A stretch of 64,000 nucleotides of DNA from Rhina ancylostomus (taxonomy: Eukaryota): positions 67,631,604-67,695,603 of the forward strand of contig JARFYF010000001.1 in the NCBI GenBank assembly GCA_030265395.1. The letters are read 5' to 3'. Each line of letters opens with the position of its first letter. Within the stretch, counting starts at the first letter, position 1. A program made the position numbers and the translations under genes. Under the pieces are notes generated by a model. That model was not told where the DNA came from and ran no database searches. It was given only the letters and a program-made list of their open reading frames with translations. Below are positions 48,731-62,579 of the stretch, piece after piece.

Positions 48731-50124
48731 ATGGACCAGGACCACAGACAGTGCCAAGGGCAGAGTACCACAGACCAGCCGTTGTTCAAGTAGAGTTCTC
48801 AACAAGTGGAAGGGCACAAGTTGCTTTACCTTCTGTCAAATGTTTTCCTAAAATGTTTTTTTGTTAATGAATTAGTTATAATTACTTTGAGTTTTTTCTC
48901 TTATTTGACATCCTTCCAGATCTAAAACAATATCCGAATCAGAACAAATGCACAATTTGTAATTTCACTAGCTGCCCAGCATGCACTTCCTTCCTTATTG
49001 ACATAAATTGGAGCTTTTGTGTACAACCAATGACCTTTGTTAAACATTCACAGTACAACAAACAGTAAATCATGCTACTTCGTTACATTTATGTTTATTT
49101 CAAGGGACATCCAGCTAACATCCAAAGTCCTGATCAGGCACTGAACTCAATACAGTCTGTTCGAAACTTTTCAAAGTTCACAGTGTGTGCTTAAACTAAT
49201 AGGGAATGCTGATAAGATACAAAGTGAAAGTATACCACTTGGCCCTTCATGTCTGGTCCATATTCAATATGATCATGGATGCCTCACTACTGACACTAGT
49301 TGCAGCTATCCGTTCAAAATGTTTACACTTGAGGCACGGCAGGATCTGCAGCAATGCTAACAGCTGTGACACCAGTGTTACTTATCCTTGATCGATTGAG
49401 CATGCTTGTGGAATTAAAGGAAAATACTTATCAAAAATGCCCACCTTTCAGCCACAGCAGGTCACCAAGCGGAAACTTGTAATCCCCACCCTTCAAACAC
49501 CACCACACATGGAACTCGTCTTTTCCCTGCTGCCTCTCTCTCCCTACAACAGCAGCCATAATTTTATGTTGCTACTGCCTAGCTGCCCACATGCAAAGTG
49601 CCTTTATGAGCTGATGCCAATCTATGATATAGGCATAGCAAAGTGCAGTTATGTTTAGGATATTGCAAACCATACAACTCCCACTTTAGTGCATTTCTGC
49701 ATAAACTAGCCTATTGTCTTTTGAAAAGACACATTTTAGCTAATTTTGTTTTTTTTAAATGGGAAAAGTGGATGCTGGTGTTATACTCAATGTCAGTTTA
49801 GCACACCAAGAAGAGGTGAAGTCCAAGTATTAGGGATCTAGTAGTAATTACTACATTATCTCGGTATACCGGAAGAACAATTCATTTTGAAATACTTTCT
49901 AGCACAAAGTTTATACAAATAGTAATTAATCACTTTCCATTTGCCTTTAAAATACCCTTTGGTCCATTACGAGACTATGTGCAATAGAGTACAGACATAA
50001 GAAATAATAACAGGAGTAGGCTATTTTTCCCTGGCCCTGCTCCATCATTCAACAAGGTCACGCCTGATAATCTACCTGAAAATCATTTTCCTGCCCTAGA
50101 CACTTGACTCAAGCTTTTTTTTGC

Positions 50125-50370
50125 CTTCACAGGTCAACATTAAGATGCAAAGGCACTACTCAAAGGACCGGAGAGTTCTTCCAGTTTTCTGATCAAAATT
50201 ACGCTCAAAATAAAATAACCCCTTCATTTTACTAGTTGTAGAATTTTGCTGCATGCATTTTGGCTACTGTATTTGTCGACGTAATGGTAACTGCATTTCA
50301 AAAATTGCTTGTAGTTCTTAGGAACATTCTGAGGACTTCAGAAGCTAAAATATGAACTCAGATCTTTTTC
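50125..50370 (+). mobile_element. Deu-domain SINE, highly decayed
   Basis: AAGATGCAAAGGCACTACTCAAAGG..GAGTTCTTCCAG..TTGCTGCATGCATTTTGGCTACT..CATTTCAAAA. Confidence 0.5.
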
Positions 50371-50874
50371 ATACAGTCCCAGGTCCAGCACTGATGCTGT
50401 AGTCTCCCCATACCTGTCCCTACCTTGTCAGGAGGCCCTATTTTGTTGGCCAGAGGTATTCAGAACCACAGGAGCATGGACTAAAGAAGTCCCAACAGCA
50501 ATGCAACTGTGAAAGTTCTAATATTTAAAAATACAAAAAGTGAATAATTTTAAAAGGTCATTTAATTTTTTTTAGATTAGCCAAAAGCACCTAAAGTACA
50601 GTAAATAAAAGTTTTTAAATTAAACATTTACCTTCCCATTCACTTAAATCCAAAGCTCTATAATTACCCCCATTGAAATCCATGCATTTATCCATAGGCC
50701 AAGTCTAACCACTCACAAATCAGAGAGACAATTCTCCAATGCAAATGCTGCAGAATCTCAACAAGATGGCGTACTCCACTGCAAGTTTGAGGTCCTGCAT
50801 ATTACATGTGTAAAAGGTTCTAACTTGCTTCCTGTGAAATGGGTGAATGGATCCAATGGTATTTACAGCAAGAT

Positions 50875-51360
50875 GTGACTGCACCTGGAATATTGTGCAC
50901 AAGTCTGTTCCCGTACCCAAGAAAGTATACATCTGCAAGTGCAGCAAATGTTCACCAGTCAGACTCCTGGGAGGGCATAAGAGATTAAACAGATTGGGCA
51001 TATACTCTATAAAGATTAGAAGAAAGGGAAGTGATTTCATTGAGCCGCACTAAATTCTTAGGTACAAAGTTGATGTTTTCCCAAGGTATGGACTCAAACC
51101 AAGCTCACAGTCTCAAAGGGGGTTGGCCAACCTGGGAAGAGCCATGAATCTTTTCCACCTGGAGTGTATGAGGCTTTGGAATTTTCTCCCAGGAGGGTTG
51201 CAGAAGCTGAGCCACCCGAGATTTATAGGTTTTCAGATATTAAAGGAATGAAGCGTTATGGGGTTACTGCAGAATTAATTGCAAAGGTAAAAGCTCAGCC
51301 ATGATCTTGCTGCATGGTGGAGCAGGGGATGGCCAGCACATGATTTTATTCATGTTCTTA
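50875..51360 (+). mobile_element. Decayed CR1 3' fragment
   Basis: CTGCACCTGGAATATTGTGCAC; RLNRLGIYSIKIRRKGSDFIE; CAGCCATGATCTTGCTGCATGGTGGAGCAGG. Confidence 0.75.
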
Positions 51361-51949
51361 AAATAGGAACAGGAACAAAGCACAATAAACCTAACTTCAG
51401 CATACAGTATATGCTTTAGTCACAAATAGATAGAATCAGACAAATGAGATCAAGTGATGGAAGTTAATTTATTTGGCATTTAGCTAAACATTAAATAAAC
51501 ACATAGCGGGTGTAGCAGATGGTTGGCCATGAGGTAAATGGCAATAATCTAACTCGGAGATTCTGATGGCAACAAGTTAGGAGTGCAACGCTTAAGTGTT
51601 TATAATCTTCAACAGAATCCCAAATATTCTTTCACTGCTTTGAGCTCCTGCCAAACACGATATTTTTATTTCTTTATCTACCTGGTAGCAGTTAGACCAA
51701 AGAGTTTTTTTTCACCCTAAGTCTTTAGAATGGCTCATTGCCAGTTTTTTTTTTGGCTGTAATTCCAGCAGTCCTTTACTAGCTTGACATTGCTACATAA
51801 ATGCATGCTGCTGCAAATGTTCATCACCCACATTGTTTTTTCTCCAGGAAGTACACATTTTACTAATAGCATAAATGTAATGTTACTAATAGCATAAATG
51901 TCATGTCAGGACAAAGGGTTAATGAAAACATCATGGAGAAATTCAGAGT

Positions 51950-53720
51950 CATGAAAGCTGACCTGGACCTGATAGCCAGCCAACCAGGAGATGGCTGCAG
52001 AGATAGTGGATGTATTAAAGATCATCCAAGATAGCATACATTTCAAAATGGTCCAAATAGAATGGAAAGTAGCAAAAATGAATCTGCCAATCAACAAGAG
52101 GAAAATATAAAATAGGTTATGATAGACCAGTTAGCCTGACATCAGCTGCCAGTAAAATGCCATAGTACATTATTAATGATGTGGTAACAAGGCACTTAAA
52201 AATAAAATCAAACTATTAAACAGTGTCAACATAGTTTTATGAAAAGGAAAATCTGTTGAACAAATCAGAGTTTGGGGATGCTTAGTTTTCGGCGAGGGTG
52301 GGGGTGGGAGAAGAGATAAGATAGAGCCAGTGTTCGTTTCATACCTGGATTTTCATAAGCCTTCTGATAAGGTATCACACAAAAGGTTGCTGCATAAAAT
52401 TAGGTCATGTATTGGGGCAACAGATTAGCAAACATAGTGGAATGGCTCCAGGGACAGAAAACAAAATACTCCTGCCAATACCGATGTGTTTTTCCGGTCA
52501 ACAGGTGGTACTCGTGGGGCACAGTTCACCCAGCCTTTTTAATTTACAAAATTATGTTTAATGACAAGTTTTCCAGGACTGCATTTGTTTCATAAATCGA
52601 GAACTGGCTGGTACCAGAGTTTTGTACTTTCTTACCTGTTAAAAAAAAGTACTGTCTTTATCCTTTTCAACTAATGGGGTGTAATAGAAATCAGCATTGG
52701 GCCCTAAACAATTCACATTATTATATCTGAATATGCTCATGATACAAAGTTGGATGGGAAAGTAAGCACTGAGATAGAGGCAAAGAATCAGCAAAGGGTT
52801 ACAAATAGATCTGATTAGTCAGGGAGGAGATGACAGATGGAATATTTTAAAGGAAATTGTTATTCATTTTCTTAATAGAAATAAGAAAGCTTTAAAAAAA
52901 ATGAGAAACTAGAAACTGCTAGCAGGAGCCATTCCTAGATTTTCATTGCACAGATCCTCAAATCAAAGAAACGTACCTCAAAGAGCCAAAATTCATAAAT
53001 TAAACAAACAGTACCTGGTGATTACACAAACATATCTTGAAGTGCTACCTCACGAGATGTAGAAGTTAAACATCTAAATGCCAATTAAGCTAAAATCATG
53101 AGCTGCCTTTTATTTCAGGGGTATTGAGCACAAAACTAAGGTCATGCTGCAATTAAATGGAACTTGGTTGGGATCACAACTGGTGGTGTGTGTGCAGTTT
53201 TGCTTTCTGTGTCTGAGATAGGAAATATTTGCCTTGAGGTTGGTGTACAGGAGAGTCTAAATAGATTAATTTCTCTGATGAGTGTGTTATCTTGTGGTGG
53301 GAAGTTGAGCAAGATCACCTTGGACTCAATTGGAATTTATAAGAATGAGAAATATTCATTGTAATATGCAAGACTCAGAGTGACAAATGGGGTAGATACC
53401 AAAGGAATGCTTCCTTAGGCTGGAGAATCTAGAGCCGAGCACATATCATAAAAAATGAGGAGGAGAAATTTCTTTATTCGAGGAGTCTTCAAATCATTAG
53501 ATTTCTCCCTCCTCGGAGGCAGTAAACGCTCAATTATTGAGAATATTCAAGACCAAGATTAATGGATTTTTGGACCACAAAGGGAATTAAAAGGACGTAG
53601 AGATTGGGTACAAAAATGGAACTAAAACAGAAGATCACCTACAATCTTATTGAATGGGGAAGCAGGCTTGAGGGATCACATGGCTTGTTCCTACTTCTAT
53701 CCCTTGTCCTAATGTTCTAA
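51950..53720 (+). mobile_element. Old, fragmented CR1
   Basis: EWKVAK; RPVSLTS; YLDFHKPSDKVSHKRLLHKI; tail GGCTTGTTCCTACTTCTAT..AATGTTCT. Confidence 0.75.
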
Positions 53721-54329
53721 AACCTAATTCTTTGGTACCATATGGAGACATTAAGGAATGATTGAAAAAGCTCATAATTAAAGTACAGCTGTAGTTCATC
53801 ATGATGACAAACATAATATTAATAATGACATATTACAACAAACGTAACTTCAGAAAAGGGGAAAGCAGCAAGCATAATAAAACTGCCAAGTAGCTAACAA
53901 AAATGTTTACCAATAAATCTCTTATGGTTTAATTATAAAAATATTTGTACTTTCATATTCCTCATGCTATTCATATAAAATTCTTAACAATCAGCTTCTA
54001 GAAATAAATTATGCTTGCCAAAGCACATTCAGCTGTCAAGCCATGAGTGTTATATTTTGCTGAGTGCCTATACATTATTGAAGGTGTTGTGAAAAATCCT
54101 TTCACAAGGATCACAATTTGCCCGAGAAATCAATGCCTTTGTTTCTTTCTATTGTTACCCAGTAAAAGCAAACTTAGAATGCGAAACTAACATCACTACT
54201 ATATATGCACTCAATTGCAATATTTCTTTCACTTTCGTAATGAGGGATTTCAATACTTTGTGCAGTTGTATTTTAATTTTCCTTGGGTTCCAGAAGAGGA
54301 TAACAAAGGAAATCATTGCAAAAGTAAAA

Positions 54330-54726
54330 TAAATGTTGATGCTAGAAATCAGAAATAAAATACTAGGGAAATTCAGGAGATCAGGCAGCATCTATGGAAA
54401 CAAAAACAGAGTTAATATTTCAGTTCAATAACCTTCCATTAGAATTGAGAAATGTTATAAAGAGAATAAATTTGAAATTCCAGAGAAATGTTGGGAGTGG
54501 AGGGCTAGGAAAGGGGGCAGAGAGAATAAAGGGTAGGTCTGTGACAGGATGGAGATAAATATGAATCCACTCTATCACAGCCATTTCCTTTTGTTCCCTC
54601 AGTCCCTCATCCTTTCACTGCAATTTTACACTTATTCTATTTCTAACTTTACTCAGTTCTGATGGAAGTTCATGTACATGAAATGTTAGCCATTTTCACT
54701 ATGTATGCTGTCTGACCTACTGAGTG
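54330..54726. mobile_element. Older Penelope inverted terminal-repeat element
   Basis: Left arm TCAGGCAGCATCTATGGAAACAAAAACAGAGTTAATATTTCAG; right arm CAGTT-CTGATGG..GAAATGTTAG..ATGCTGTCTGACCTACTGAGT. Confidence 0.7.
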
Positions 54727-56429
54727 TCAACACAATGTAGTTAAACAGTAATAGCTTGCCAAAGCCAAAGGCCACCCAGTTCTCAATTCTTTATAATTGT
54801 GCAGAAACATAAAAGTCCTCAAAATTTTCATTCTAGCTCCCAAATGGGAATTCTCTCCAAAGACTGATTGTACTAGGGTCACATGATGCACAGCACCAAA
54901 TGAAAGACCTTGATTTATACAGCAACTTATGTTTATAGAGCCATACAAGTACTTCTGAAGTGCTGTCACTGCTATAGACAAATGGCCATTATTGAATATC
55001 ATGCTTTACTGGGAAGTGTATAGTTTAAAGTTACACAGTACAAACAAATTTAATCCTGAATGGCACATTATCCAGATTTATGCCTGAAAACTATTTCTTC
55101 ATATAATTACAGGTCTTTATCACTTAAGCTCAAATAATTCCCAGTGTAAACAATGATTACAAGTTTCAGTATTTATAAGACATGGTATCCAGGGCATTGG
55201 AGGATTAGCATTAATTTTGCAAACCCATACTGTACAATCTTTAGCAAGCTTACACTGCAGTTATATATGCAGAATAAATCTTTGCAGCAGATGGCTCTTG
55301 GACACAGAATTCTTTATCTGGTGCATGCTCTTTTTTATTGGACATTATCAAGTCAATAGTCATGAAATTAATCAGTTTTATATACAACTATATTTAAATA
55401 CTAATGTTGATCAATGCTAATTGAAACAAAAAAATTAATATGCCTGAACAGACCTGTCAGATTGTCCTGTAATCCTCAAGGGCAAGGTGGCAAACAAACT
55501 TCAGAAGCTTCACATGGCTCATTATTCCTATTTCAATCTTAAGAGAAGCTGAGTGTCAATCCAAGTGAGAAAGTGAAGGTTTATTTTCACTTCACAAGCC
55601 TTGAGAACAATAATCAAAGAATCGCAATGTTAACCCATAAATTTAGCATGTCCTTAAAATCAAAGTTTATTGAAGATACTAAAACTCCAAATCATCTGAA
55701 ATTGCCCGATTCAGAAAATTAAACATATTAATATGACAAATAAATTTAGTTGAGCAATAGTACGTGACAATGCCATTTTAAGTGTTTAATTTGAACAATT
55801 CTACAATGAAGTATGACAATTTCAAAAGAAACAGCAAGCTAAATACACAGTTTTATGAAACAACAACCCTTTAATATTACATCATAAATTGACATAAGGC
55901 ACTTCCTCAGAGGCCAAAGTGTAGCTGTACGCAGATTTAAACAAAACAGGCTTAGAAGTAAAATTGTCCAAGAACAAATAAATATAAAAAATTGAGAACA
56001 TCCTTGAAATCTTTTCCTCTATCCATCTGGTAATCTCTTCTCACAACAGAGCTCTAAATCATGTGAGAGTTTTGGGAGTCTTCTGTCAACTTGCCAATAA
56101 CATGGCTTGTTCAGTGATGCAACTGAGTATAATCAGCGCCTCAAATGCTGATTATCTTGGCCTGAGAGAGGATACCAATGTCCGTTTGCTTATCTTTAAA
56201 TTGAATTTTGCAGAGACAGCACTGGTGGTGTCTCTTTTATACTTTGAGAAACGTATTGTACAAAGATTGTAAACAAAGGAGATGTTAAAATTGCCAGAAC
56301 TTACATAAATGTATTGCAAATGTCTGAATAGGGAGAATAATGAAACTATAACAACTTCAGAGAGAAGAAATGAACAGAAATTTTGCATCATGACATTATC
56401 AGAAAGCACTTGAGATAATGAAGTCCAAT

Positions 56430-56950
56430 ATAATGTTGAAATCTTCTGCCACCTCTACCACCATGCCTAATTTTTTGTTCAGGAGTGCTCACCCCATTCT
56501 GCAGACACTTTCTCCCATCTCCAGAAGTCCCAATCCACCCAGTTCCCTCCTCTGGCCTTGTACCTTCTGTTGATCTATTCATTGCTAACTGACGATGGGA
56601 CATTGACTGCTTTGATTTTTTCCACTGCCCTCGTTCACTCTAACCTACTGCATTCTAAACTTGCAGCCTTCTGTTCACCAAGAACAAACCCAAACATCAT
56701 GATCAAACCTGCTGACAAGGGTGGAGCTATTGCAGTCTTACAAACTAACCTCAGTCTTGATGATGCCACATGCCAGCTCTCTGACATATCTTCAGCAGTC
56801 CCAATGGACCACATCCCCATCAGCTAACATCAGGCCGCTGTCTCCCACACAATCACGAACCTCATTTTCTCAGGAGATCTTCCCTTCAATTTTGCATAGA
56901 TGTTACCTGAACTGCTGAGCATTTCCAGCATCTTTTGTTTTTATTTCATA
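56430..56950 (+). mobile_element. Penelope-like RT N-terminal fragment joined to a terminal repeat
   Basis: TNPNIMIKPADKGGAIAVL (PLE DKG motif) in ORF 56558-56827, followed by AGATGTTACCTGAACTGCTGAGCATTTCCAGCATCTTTTGTTTTTATTTC. Confidence 0.85.
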
Positions 56951-57562
56951 ATGCATTAGGAAAAATGCTGTGTTGCCTAAAAGTCTGCAACTGCAGAATT
57001 GTAGTGTAGTAAAAATTCAGTGTAATCTAATTATCACTTCACAAAAAAATTACACCAACCAACCATGCTTTTAAAAAAATAATGTAATAGAGCACCTAAG
57101 ATCAAATGAGAAAGCACCAACATGCTACCAAAAATTATGATGCATATCATGTTTTTCCAAATATCATTTAAAACAAACATAGCTGACTGGTCTCTCATCT
57201 TCCCAACATTTCCATAAAACAGCAAAATCAAGTTCAGAGGTTTCTCAGATGGAGCCGCTACACATTTCTGTAAACTCTACCTAGAAATTTGATCACAAGG
57301 ACTACATTGTGGTGACATTATATCAAAGACAATATGTGAGCTTCCGCATTCCATTTGAAATTCAAAAACAACAAAAGTTGATGTTAAAATGATTGGCAAA
57401 TAGAAAATGTATTCAAATATATCCAGATGCTATCTAACTGCTTTATTCAGATTATATTTCAATACAGAAAAATATACAAAGCCTGTTAATGTTAACTACA
57501 GTAGCTTCAATAATCAACTAGTACAATGCTGTAATACAACTGTAATGTCTCTCATACAGTAT

Positions 57563-58842
57563 CTACTCAAATTAGCAACTTTATCAAACTCTTAACTGTG
57601 CCAAAGCTAAATATATATGAGACTAAAGAAAGATGGAACAAAGTAATATTCTCTATTTGTGATATCACATAATACAGTAGAGGAAAATAATCCATTACCA
57701 ACTAAATGCACACAGTTTCAAAGCAAGCTTTGGAAAATATGCATCTATAAACAACTAATACCTCCTGTCATTGAGACAAAATGATTTGGGAGCAAATTTT
57801 TTGATCCCTTGCAAACAAGCTGATGAAACAGCAGTTAGCTTGCAATATATCATAGGTCCAAACATAACCTGTGTTTTCTAATAAACAAAAACTCATAGCT
57901 TTAGCAATTTCCCAGAACACTTTGAACCTTTTTCACCTTTAACAATATCCCAGCAAGCACAATGTCCTTCATCAGACTATTTGAAGCAGCTGGACTTATT
58001 GCAGTATCCTAATTTTCCAGCACCCATGCAATTATTTTGTTTGTAACCACCTCTGTAATTCACTTATTCACAGTTTTACTTGTGTTATAACCAATTTAGA
58101 GCATTTATAATATGGCATTCAATTTTTGTGTTACCTCTACTAATATGTTCTCTTTCATCTTTCCTCTTATTAACAGGTCTCCCTAAATTTCCAAATCAAG
58201 TGTGTGTGTGACAAAACACCAAAACTAAACTAAAGAAAGTAACAGTCATGAACAAAATAATGGCATTAGAGGATGAACACCATACCCCAGGAGAGGGGAG
58301 TCTAAAACTAAAGGGCACTAAGGTGAGAGGGGAGAAATTTAAAGGAGATCTAAGGGGTAAGTTTTTCCACACAGAGGGTACTGATCATCTGGAACAAGCT
58401 GCCAGAACAGGTGGTAGAGGCTTTTACAATTACAGTGTTTAAAAGACATTTGGGCAGCTACTTAAATAGGAAATGAGTAGGTAGAAACATGCCTATTGCT
58501 GTCAAATAGGATGAGCATAGATGCGTACCACAGTAACCTGGATGGAGGCGGGTCCATAAGGGCCCATTTCTGTGCTGAACATTTCTATGACTCTAACAAT
58601 GCAAATGCCCAGAATGTAATCTTCCACATTCTCGCAATACAAGCACCACTCCCTCAGGCTGTAAAATTGTCAATGTTGCTCTGCTATTTACCAAAGGTTC
58701 AAGGGAATAAATGAAAAATAAATGAAAATACTGTATTACGACTGTAACTACTCAAATTAGCAACTTTATCAACCTCTTAACTGTGCCAAAGCTAAATATA
58801 CAAGAGACTAAAGAAAGATGGAACAAAGTAATATTCTCTATT
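57563..58842 (+). repeat. 95-bp dispersed direct repeat (57563-57657 and 58748-58842)
   Basis: 3 differences in 95 nt by direct comparison. Confidence 0.92.
58280..58593 (+). mobile_element. CR1 3' end
   Basis: KVRGEKFKGDLRGKFFHTEG; tail GGGCCCATTTCTGTGCTGAACATTTCTATGACTCT. Confidence 0.85.
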
Positions 58843-60279
58843 ACTTGAGTAAATGAAATTAAAGAAAATAAATGAAAAATCTCTTGACAGAAAATTAATA
58901 AAGTCTATAATCAAAAATGTTAGCAAACACCTTGAATTTGTTTTCATTTTTCAAACACAACATTACTCTTATCAATGTTCAAAAGACTACATTGTTTCTA
59001 ACCCTCCAATTTTATGCATAAACTTGGATATCCCTTTCAACTTATTCTACTCCTCAGTTTTAGGTCTATTTCGTCACATTTTATTTTTGCCTTTCTCCCA
59101 GTTCCCATCAGAGAAATGCATCAAGAATTTGTTTTGGGGAGCAGGAAAATGTTTTTGAATGCTACCAATCTCAGCTTCAAGACATTTGATAAAATCTTTC
59201 AAAAGGGCAATAACTAAAGTTGCTTACAAAATACAGGGAGTGAACAGACAGTGACAGAGAATAATTATAATGGGCAAGTAATTTAATTGGCTACATGAGT
59301 ACAAATGTCCCACCAGGATCAGTGTTTTAGCATAACTATTCACTGTATATATCAAAGTATATAATTTATCATATATAATTGAGAAGCATATGCAGAAGGC
59401 ACAAAGAGGATGGGATTCTAAGCACAACAGGCAGAAGAACAAAATTAAATTGATTATCAATGGCTGATCTGAATGAGAAAACTCAGGAAAATGGCCGCTA
59501 TAAGCAATTCAGATTGAAACTTAAGCCTATAAAACTTCTAAAGTTCGCCATAGAAATTTAATCAAGCCTTCCTGCATCTGCCCGTTATTTTATTAATCTC
59601 AAAAGTCCCTTTTAACTTTATCCCCAGAGAATCTTCAGCAGTTTTCACTCATTTTTAAGAGTCTATCTGTAGCATCCAAGATGGAAAGTTACTCTTGCCA
59701 ATATTTCAGGCTCGATTTTCGTTCCAACTCCAGTTAATTGAAAAACAATGTCACCTACTCACCAGCTTCATTAATAAATGTTTCAATCTTTCTCTCTCTG
59801 ATTTGGTTCTTGAATCTCCTTGTATTATACAAACTATTTATTAATTCTTGCAACAAATAAAGATTTAGAGGTAGATTTAGGAATCATTTGGATACTAAAT
59901 GGGGTAACCATTTTTAAAAAAACTTCAAAACATGCAATGGTTCAGCCGTCCATTTCTAAACCTGTTCATTGTCGATCAGGTCAAACAATTTTTTGTTGCA
60001 CTTTGATCATGAAGTAAATAAATAATTTTACATCTTGATAATCTTAATTTGGTGACACTTGATACACTTAATAAATCAGACCTGATTCCACTGCCTTTTT
60101 GTCCATTCGTTATAATATGCCCCAATAAAAAAGCTAAAGAAGAGAAAAACTACGACACAAAAGAACCTTGTCCAACATGAAAATATGTTTGACTGAAAAT
60201 GGAAACAAGTTGAATACAAGTTATAGAGATCAGGATCATCAATGTTTCAAGGAAGACCAATTAACATGTCATGTAGAGA

Positions 60280-60775
60280 TAAAAACTGAAATTACTGCAA
60301 AAACACTCACCAGGTCAGGCAGCATCTGTAGAAAGAGCAGCAGAGTTAATATTTCAGGCCAAGAACCCTTCATTAATATGGAAAAGTGAGAAAACAAGTT
60401 AATTTTAAGTTCAAAAAAATCAAATTGCCTTGTTCATGCTCAATGGGTTCCATTTCCTTCTGGTCTTTCATAAGGTGCTGACAAAACTCAGTTCCACAAC
60501 CACATCTTGTATTTTAGCAAATGTCTCCAGTTACAATTCATCCCATAGCGATTCCAGCTGAAATTCCACCCTTAATCATCTGGAACCACCCAGGAGCACA
60601 GGTATGTTTAAATTATCCATAGGCATCCCTAACCCCACAGCTTGAAACTAAATTGCTTTCTCACTTTTTGACTCGAAACATAACAGCTTCTTTCAACAGA
60701 TGCTGCCTGACCTGCTAAAGTTTTCCATCATTTTCTGTTTTTATTTCATAGTTCCAGCATCTGCAATTTTTGATT
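60280..60775. mobile_element. Penelope inverted terminal-repeat element
   Basis: CAGGTCAGGCAGCATCTG (about 60311) and its reverse complement CAGATGCTGCCTGACCTG (about 60697). Confidence 0.75.
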
Positions 60776-61404
60776 TCCATTTTATATGGAGAGCTCCAAT
60801 CAGAACAGAAGAACAAGATGATAGAGGATAAATGATTAGGAATTTAAGTAACAAAGGAATAGACAGCCAAGAATAAATAATATTGACCTTAACTAGAATC
60901 AATTTTCTATGACAAATACACTCTGGTTCATAAATAAATCAGCATCACAAGCCAATAAAGTGAAACCAGAATTCCAAAGCTGATTTATTAGTAGCATTAT
61001 AGTGCTATTAAGCTGATAGGACTGTATGAGCAACCAGCAAAAAGCTACGTACAAGTAGCAACGCAAGAGGTAGTTACACAAGCTTTAATCCAATGTTGAA
61101 CTATAAAAAGACCAAGAAAACTAAAGACATTAAAAAAAAATACATTCTCAGACCAAGAAAAGTCGAAGATGAACAGAAAATATCAGTTTTATGACAGTTA
61201 CCTTAAGCAGGCTCATTTGGGCAGAACCAAATTAATTGGCTGAATAGTTCATCAGTATTCTGAGCAAGTCAGTCTAATGCTGGGTGCTAAGTAAGCAAAT
61301 ATTCAATCTACATTTTTTTAAAGTATGAGAAGTATTATGCTGTAACTAATAAAAGCATCTCGTACAGAATCAAACTTCTATGGCATGGCAAAAGTTTTTA
61401 CTAT

Positions 61405-61710
61405 TTAAGGAATATAGACATCACTGGTAACAATGGAATTTGCCTATCCTGAATGCCCCTGAACTAAGGATGCAGCCAAGCGTCAACTACTTCGGTGGTA
61501 CCTGAAGTCACAGACAGGCCAGAATAAGCAAGGCCAGATTTTCCTCTCTGAAGAATATTAGTGAACCAGACAGTTTTATGCAGTAGTTATTGAGATAATT
61601 TAGATCGTCTAGAATATAAACTCTCCAACTACCATGATGGGACACAAACTCTGTTGATCAATGGTCCAGAACATAGCTGCTGGTCTAGTAATTTAACCAT
61701 TTTACCACAG
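61405..61710 (-). mobile_element. tRNA-derived SINE, same family as 42575-42925
   Basis: CAGATTTTCCTCTCTGAAGAATATTAGTGAACCAGA..CCATGATGGGA..GGTCTAGTAATTTAACCATT. Confidence 0.6.
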
Positions 61711-62199
61711 TATCCATTTATGGATAATACATTATTTCATTTGTGGAAATAATTTGGAGCCTTGCATTCACAGAGCCTCAGTATTTCAGTTACACTTCCG
61801 TCAACATGCAGGGATATTCCAATGAAATCAAATAACATAGAAATATGAAGAATAACAATTGCCATTCTACTGTACTCAGCAAATGCTGAGGAATCAAGAT
61901 AAAACTGCTGAGATTTCATTCTCAAGCTATGTGCAGGACTGATCGTTGTTTTATTTGGGACCACATAGCCATACAAGATCAACAGGGAAGTGACACTGCT
62001 TCAGCTGATCTTCGTAAGGCTTCCAATCTCATGCTGGCTGAAGCTGAGATACATGGATGGACATTAATAAAGTTTGTATTTATCATCACAATATTTACTA
62101 TGTCTTCAAAACTGCTAACACTGAAACTGGTACTCCCAAAGGAGAGAAGGCTTCATAACATCACAATTATGCTGCATATTTTCACCAATACATGAGATT

Positions 62200-62570
62200 G
62201 TATTATAGGAGATGACCCAAGTGTCTGGCTATCCTGCAGCATGACTCACCTCTTGACACTCCTAAGCCTTTCCACCATCTACAACACAAAAGTCAGGAGA
62301 ATGATACAAGTCTCCATTTGCCTGGATCAGCACAGCCCCAACAATATAAAGAGACTCAATATGATCCAGGACAAAGCAACTTTCTTGACACTCAATCCAC
62401 TCACAGATCCAATCATTCTCTCCAGCACAGATGCACGGTGGCTACAGCATATGCCACCTACAAAGTGCACAACAGTCACTTGCCAGTCATAGTACCTCCC
62501 AAAATCATGTCGTCCACCACCAAGGACCAGGACAGCAGACACACAAGAACATCACCACCAGCGTGGAGGG
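62200..62570 (+). mobile_element. LINE fragment of the 21240-23325 family
   Basis: AGCCTTTCCACCATCTACAA..ATCCAGGACAAAGCA, matching 22830-23050. Confidence 0.7.
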
Positions 62571-62579
62571 TGCAATAGT

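Noticed and set aside
50717-50831. Minus-strand AG..GTGAGT interval containing a YY1-like CAAGATGGCG
   Set aside because: Stops in all frames; a lone motif is insufficient
59014-59217. Plus-strand acceptor followed by a short ORF
   Set aside because: Its end resembles a decayed CR1 DFQKAFDKV motif
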